Source: a virus
Virus record (IMG/VR): IMGVR_UViG_3300026311_000090
Span: 1-20,176 of that record
Reading direction: 5' to 3' (one strand)
Length of the DNA: 20,176 nucleotides
Shown here piece by piece: positions 15,628 to 20,176 of this stretch. The position numbers were made by a program, and so were the translations under genes. A model generated the notes under the pieces. It saw only the letters and a program-made list of their open reading frames with translations. It ran no database searches and was not told the DNA's origin. The first letter of the stretch is position 1; each line of letters begins with the position of its first letter.

Positions 15628-16713
15628 TTACTGCTTTCGCTTTTTCCTAAATAAAAGAATGAGGAACACGACAACTACTAGAATGACGATGACGGCTATA
15701 ACGGCAAAAATAATTATTTGAAGGTCAGCAGATAGTGAAACTGTCTTTTCCATGGATGCGTTTAATGTAACGTTCTCTTGTACCTGCGTTTGGTTTTGGT
15801 TAACTCTTATTGTGTACTCGCCTATCTGCGTCTCTCCATGCTCTGAAATTTCCAGAGCCGGTAGTTCGAATTGTGCTGTACCCTCGCTTGAAGTGGTCTG
15901 TTCAGCTACAAGAGAATTATTGGCTTGAGAGTATATTTGAACAACGGCGTCCTGTACAGGCGTTCCTTGGGACTCAACAAGAACCGTTAGATACCAGTAG
16001 GTACGAACAATGCCTTGACCAAGATTAGATGTATCAAGTTGGTCGTAAGTAGAGTTAATTACATCAACGTATATTGGACTAATATTATTCGTTACAACTA
16101 TACTGTCAATATGTGAATCGACTAAACGAGAATTACAAGATAGCCGTAGCTGTCCTGCAGTGGAATTGGTGATTCGAATCTGAGAAGTACCGCCACCGCC
16201 ATATGCATCGACTGTGCTAATGTGAGAATTTACCGCCTGCAAAGTTGCATTTACTCTCTCCAGTATGATGCTTTTTGCCAAATTAGACTCCGTAATGTTA
16301 ATGCCCGCGTTATCATACAGTATAAAATCGAATATGAGACTTTCAATTTTAGAGTTATTCTGCATAACAATTTTTGAGTTCTCGTATAGTTTGTATGAAT
16401 ACTGGCCTTTTTCAAAATCAGGATACAATACGCCATTATCAAGTATTAGGATAGAGTTACCGCTCATTACTAAATTTCCTTTTAAATTTAGTTGAGCATC
16501 TTTGATTAGTAGAACATCATTATTACCAAGAACAAGATCGCCTGTGTGCATTGTAATGTTTTGTTGACCTACCGTTGATGCTTCTTGAGGACTAAGTAAT
16601 GAGGATTCATTATCTGCTGATGCGATGGGAGCCCATGAAAAAACCGTACTAGCAAATGTGAATAAAAGCAAAGCAATCAAGGCGTGAGCTCTCAACCCAT
16701 TTATCCTATTCAT
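15628..16713 (-). CDS. Cell-surface protein: signal peptide, beta-helix region, carboxypeptidase-regulatory-like domain and C-terminal TM anchor
   Basis: N-terminal signal peptide; I/L-x-N/S beta-helix repeats; LTVLVESQGTPVQDAVVQI...TSSEGTAQF; hydrophobic C-terminus followed by RKKRKQ. Confidence 0.8.
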   Translation of the reverse strand: MNRINGLRAHALIALLLFTFASTVFSWAPIASADNESSLLSPQEASTVGQQNITMHTGDLVLGNNDVLLIKDAQLNLKGNLVMSGNSILILDNGVLYPDFEKGQYSYKLYENSKIVMQNNSKIESLIFDFILYDNAGINITESNLAKSIILERVNATLQAVNSHISTVDAYGGGGTSQIRITNSTAGQLRLSCNSRLVDSHIDSIVVTNNISPIYVDVINSTYDQLDTSNLGQGIVRTYWYLTVLVESQGTPVQDAVVQIYSQANNSLVAEQTTSSEGTAQFELPALEISEHGETQIGEYTIRVNQNQTQVQENVTLNASMEKTVSLSADLQIIIFAVIAVIVILVVVVFLILLFRKKRKQ

Positions 16714-16877
16714 CTACATGGTACACCTTATCTGCTACATCAAGATTTAGCACAAATAAAGCTTACGATAAATGCAGAAAAATTGTTCTGACTTTGCACA
16801 GTAGCAGTTTAAAGTTCTGAAAAAAGAAAGGAGATGCTTAGGCTTCTCAGTTTGCTAGCCAAAGCTTTGATTGACTA

Positions 16878-17627
16878 TCAGTAGTGTTTTTCTACTATGT
16901 CATGTCCGAGCCCTGATTCATCCCAGACCCAACGGTCGTCTTGCATGTTTCCGCTAGATAAAAAGAAGTTCTGATTGTTTCTCACTATACCGTTAGATAC
17001 TATATGGATTCCGCTTCCGCCTTTTCCTGCCGTTGTTTTTTCGTGATTGAAGTTTATGAGACAGTAGTCAACTAAACCGTTAATGTACATGCCATCGCAT
17101 GGTTGACTTGACCATACGTTTGCTTTTATAAACGAATTGTAAATTCGACAGTTTTCGCCTACTTCTATGCCTTTCAGATTTTGCGCGTCTCTGAGTGAAA
17201 TGCCGACATCGTTAATGTGTGTAAAGGCTCTACTGTTATCGCTTCTGCCGCCAGGTGCAAATTGAATCCCTGTATTTACGTCTTTCATGCGAACATGCTC
17301 AATGTGATTTACTTCTGCCCAGCGGTCATCAGTCGCAGTTAGTTTTATTCCTATGTCGCAATTAACAAGGACAACGTTTCTAACTTTACAGTGAACTACG
17401 TCTTGTAAAAGAATACCGGTATTGGAGCCATTACCTACAATTACCAGATTTTCAATCCCAGCACTTTTTACCCATTCGCTATCAAAATTTTGGCCAACCG
17501 CTATAATTGGATTAGCGCTTGATGTTACTGTTATTTGTTTACTACCAACGCCTCTCAGAAGTCCATCACTAGCCAGATTGATTGTTGAGCTTAAATTTTG
17601 GTTAGAAGTATACTGTGTTAAGGTCAA
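16878..17627 (-). CDS. Pectin-lyase-like right-handed beta-helix protein, paralog A (no signal peptide)
   Basis: TAGGAGGTGA RBS and TTG start. Beta-helix repeats (IENLVIVGNG...GILL...VRNVVLVNCDIGIKL). Roughly half identical to 17816-18556 by eye. Confidence 0.8.
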   Translation of the reverse strand: MTLTQYTSNQNLSSTINLASDGLLRGVGSKQITVTSSANPIIAVGQNFDSEWVKSAGIENLVIVGNGSNTGILLQDVVHCKVRNVVLVNCDIGIKLTATDDRWAEVNHIEHVRMKDVNTGIQFAPGGRSDNSRAFTHINDVGISLRDAQNLKGIEVGENCRIYNSFIKANVWSSQPCDGMYINGLVDYCLINFNHEKTTAGKGGSGIHIVSNGIVRNNQNFFLSSGNMQDDRWVWDESGLGHDIVEKHY

Positions 17628-17696
17628 ATTTTTTCACCTCCTATTGATCTTATAGTAAAGAAACCTTAGACGAAATTAACAAAGGCGCTTTCGTGC

Positions 17697-17741
17697 TTTA
17701 AAGGAGACGTGATGTTCCTGTAACATCCCGTCTTTTTTAAA
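17697..17741. promoter_or_regulatory. Central inverted repeat with TATA-like ends between the divergent paralogs
   Basis: TTTAAAGGAGACGTGATGTT-CCTGT-AACATCCCGTCTTTTTTAAA; the 20-bp arms pair 17/20. Its centre (17719) nearly coincides with the midpoint of the two start codons (17721.5). Confidence 0.75.
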
Positions 17742-17815
17742 ACAAAAGGAAACAATTACATTTCATGGGAAACCCGCCCAAAGCATGAAACTGTTGTTTG
17801 TAGGAGGTGAAAATT

Positions 17816-18556
17816 TTGACTGTAATAGAATATACCACCACTCAAAACCTAAGTTCTACGATCAATCTTGCCAGTGATGGCCTTTTGAGGGGCGTTGGAA
17901 GTAAACAAATCATCATAAACTCAACTGCTAATCCCATTATTAGCGTAGCTTCAAATCTAAGCGACCTAGTAAAAACCGCTTTGATTGAAAATGTGATAAT
18001 TTTCGGGAACGGAACAAACACAGCGATTCTTTTGCAAAACGTTTTCAATTGCCAAATCAGAAACGTCAGCATCGTCAACTGCGATACGGGAGTAAAACTG
18101 ACATCAACAGGAAGCGGTTGGAGTCAATCCAATCACATTCAACATGTTCGCATGTCATACGTTAATAAAGGCGTACAATTTGCTCCTGGAGGCACAAACA
18201 ACTTTGGATTTACTCACATTGAAGATGTCAACATTTCCTTGAATAACTCTCAAAATCTCAATGGCATTGAAATCGGCACTGGATGCAAACCTTACAGTTC
18301 ATTCATCAAAGCGAATGTTTGGTCAAGTCAACAATGTAACGGCATATACTGTGACGGCGAAATCAAGTACTGCTTAATTAATTTCAATCACGAAAAAACA
18401 ACCTCAGGTGCGGCTGGCTGTGGCGTTTATCTAGGGTCAAACGCAGTAATAGGTAGCAGCATAAATCAGAGTTTCTTTGTAGCCGCAGGAAACTTGGGAT
18501 CAGCAGTATGCAACCCATACAGTAAAGCAAACGACATTGTATACAAGACCTATTAG
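17816..18556 (+). CDS. Pectin-lyase-like right-handed beta-helix protein, paralog B (no signal peptide)
   Basis: TAGGAGGTGAAAATT-TTG places the start at 17816 (the ORF-track GTG at 17807 is inside the RBS). Shares QNLSSTINLASDGLLRGVGSKQI, FIKANVWSSQ and YCLINFNHEKTT with paralog A. Confidence 0.8.
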   Translation: MTVIEYTTTQNLSSTINLASDGLLRGVGSKQIIINSTANPIISVASNLSDLVKTALIENVIIFGNGTNTAILLQNVFNCQIRNVSIVNCDTGVKLTSTGSGWSQSNHIQHVRMSYVNKGVQFAPGGTNNFGFTHIEDVNISLNNSQNLNGIEIGTGCKPYSSFIKANVWSSQQCNGIYCDGEIKYCLINFNHEKTTSGAAGCGVYLGSNAVIGSSINQSFFVAAGNLGSAVCNPYSKANDIVYKTY

Positions 18557-18574
18557 GCACTGATCTTAGACAAC

Positions 18575-18608
18575 TTTACTTTTCTCCTTTTTTGTTAACT
18601 CTTTTTTT
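18575..18608 (+). terminator. T-rich terminator candidate
   Basis: TTTACTTTTCTCCTTTTTTGTTAACTCTTTTTTT after the paralog B stop. A similar TCTCCTTTCTTTTTT follows paralog A on the minus strand. Confidence 0.5.
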
Positions 18609-18710
18609 AACCTCTTGACGAAATTATTCGTTTAGGATTTTATCAAGCCCTTTCTAAAAGGAAAGGGGTAATTCAAGGTTCGCCTTAGCTTTTAAAACAA
18701 TGATACTTTC

Positions 18711-19094
18711 TTAAAGGAATATTTGCAATTGACGAGCCTCAAAATTATGGTAAAATAAGTCACCACAAGCGTATTGTTGATCCTGTTCTAATCTTATGCC
18801 ATCGTTCTCTTGACGAGGTTGCCTAGAATCAACAGGTCTGTCCAATATTTCGATGACTTTAATTAATATCGTAGTTTTAGGGCTTTCTCGATTAAGACTA
18901 ACAATGCATTTGCGACCAAGGCGATTATAAATAATAATACCCTCCTTCTCCAAAATCCGCAGATTACGCATAACTTCGTTATAGCGGCAGCCCGTCTTGT
19001 GAATTAACTTCATAATTCTGATTTTCATTACATGCGACAGCACCCTCAATATCTTTTGTCGGCATTTAGATGCTAAAATCTCGCTTGGCTCCAA
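18711..19094 (-). CDS. ArsR-like winged-helix transcription regulator (paralog 2)
   Basis: GAGGT RBS and TTG start. ASKCRQKILRVLS...RYNEVMRNLRILEKEGIII matches paralog 1, plus a non-homologous C-terminal tail. Confidence 0.85.
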   Translation of the reverse strand: MEPSEILASKCRQKILRVLSHVMKIRIMKLIHKTGCRYNEVMRNLRILEKEGIIIYNRLGRKCIVSLNRESPKTTILIKVIEILDRPVDSRQPRQENDGIRLEQDQQYACGDLFYHNFEARQLQIFL

Positions 19095-19165
19095 GACAAT
19101 ACCTCAGTTGTAGGAGGCCCCCTGGACCGAGGCATACCTGAATAGACTATAGCAAGAGAGCATAC

Positions 19166-19207
19166 TTAGCTCTATACTTTAGGACAATTGTACAAAAAAT
19201 TAGGACA
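19166..19207 (-). promoter_or_regulatory. Copy 3 of the ~42-bp upstream element
   Basis: The first 21 nt (TTAGCTCTATACTTTAGGACA) are identical to 448-468. Lies ~70 nt upstream of wHTH paralog 2. Confidence 0.65.
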
Positions 19208-19294
19208 CTGTTAACTTGAGATTTTAGGTATACAATATACAGTCGATATGGCGCATCTTTTTGGTTAGGCTAAAAATCATAAAACTTATGATGA

Positions 19295-20176
19295 TTAAGA
19301 ATGCTTACGTTTTAAGTAGACCAGTAAACTTATGCTCACAATAACCACAGACACTATACCAGCGGCTATTATTGGTGCGGTTGGAAAAGACCCTGACTCG
19401 TCTCCGTTCGTAGGTGTTGGAGTCGTTGTTGGTGTGAGTGTTGGTTCATTGATCTCGGGGGGGCTCCAGCACCGTTTGTAGGGTGAACTAAGGGATTAGA
19501 ATCAACGAAGGGAAAATCAGACCAATCGGTTTTATTATAGTTGTATGGTGTGTCCCAAATACCTGTGTGCCCTATTTCTTTAGCATCAGGATACAAAGTT
19601 TCATAGTCACTCCAATAATTCCTATCAAAATTAAGCCTACCATACAAAGCAAGAAATATTCTACAATTAATGAAATCATTTTCAGTTACAACATTTTCGC
19701 CAGAATAATCCGCAGATATTGACGGTCTACCATCAATGAAAACGTTATATTTGATTACATTTCCTTTACCGTCACCATCATTTCCTCTGATCTCTATTCC
19801 GCCTCCTTCAAAGGTGTTGTTGAGAAAACTGTTACCATAAGAGGAAGCAAATATGCGGCCCTTATCGCAAAATCGCACATTCTTCACCACAACAGCCCCA
19901 TAAGCAGGCGGAATAGCAGTAGAATCTTTTCTCAAATCTATTCCGGCGCCATTACCTTTAATTGCGTATCCGGCACCATCAATTGTAATGCCAGCTTTTC
20001 GAACTGTTATAGCGCCGAAGATGTCGCCCTTAAAGGTGTAAGTGTTCCCGTTTCTTTCAAGCAAATCTGTGCTTGGTTCAACGCTTCCATCTGGCTTAAT
20101 CGTGAGGTTAAGTGGTTCTTGAGCGTTAACTGGTAATGCAAGGATTGAAAGAGAGACTATTAGGCTCACTGTGATT
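19295..20176 (-). CDS. NosD/CASH-like beta-helix surface protein (5' end beyond the window), frameshifted at a G7 tract before its membrane anchor
   Basis: Signal-peptide tail then LTIKPDGSVEP...ITIDGAGY...NYWSDY...GIWDTPY. As written the frame ends at 19369. One extra G at 19457-19463 gives PPEINEPTLTPTTTPTPT...IIAAGIVSVVIVSISLLVYLKRKHS* (stop at 19297-19295). Confidence 0.8.

Noticed and set aside
14733-18078. ORFs 14733, 15150, 15810, 16251, 16265, 17422 and 17842
   Set aside because: Each is opposite or off-frame to a better-supported gene and has no independent features.
1922-18556. Genome-wide TAG recoding (pyrrolysine code)
   Set aside because: TAG closes many genes right at the next gene's start or at the homologous end (1924, 6126, 7007, 7714, 8657, 15501, 18556). 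Only one internal TAG was found.
16878-18556. Recombinase-driven invertible cassette (shufflon or Mu G-segment type)
   Set aside because: No recombinase gene in the window, and the paralogs share no long identical DNA (silent sites are heavily diverged). Inversion would need an enzyme in trans and is unsupported.

Overview
Archaeal genomic window. The Shine-Dalgarno motifs (GGAGGTGA), frequent TTG/GTG starts and secreted beta-helix surface proteins resemble Bathyarchaeia; this host assignment is inference. The core (~2551-14283, + strand) is a compact, tightly overlapped head-tail virus (Caudoviricetes-like) morphogenesis cluster. Its order is: 5'-truncated portal, head-tail adaptor, (alpha/alpha)-barrel/head-closure fusion, tail terminator with an inserted domain, tail tube, tail chaperone with a -1 frameshift signal, HK97-gp10-like protein, a very short tape measure, baseplate hub with a CBM-like insert, holin-like protein, putative TerS, TerL and an ABC-ATPase/GNAT fusion. 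No capsid, protease, integrase or replication gene is visible. Several lesions suggest a decaying provirus or a GTA-like element: a head-to-head deletion junction, an in-frame TAG, ACG/CTG starts and a TerL Walker B D-to-A change. The left flank encodes secreted/membrane proteins. The right flank holds a mirror-symmetric module (wHTH -> ... <- beta-helix | central palindrome | beta-helix -> <- wHTH) with a shared operator-like sequence. A ~42-bp promoter-like element recurs three times, and two genes are frameshifted at poly-G tracts. No tRNA, rRNA or CRISPR array was seen.
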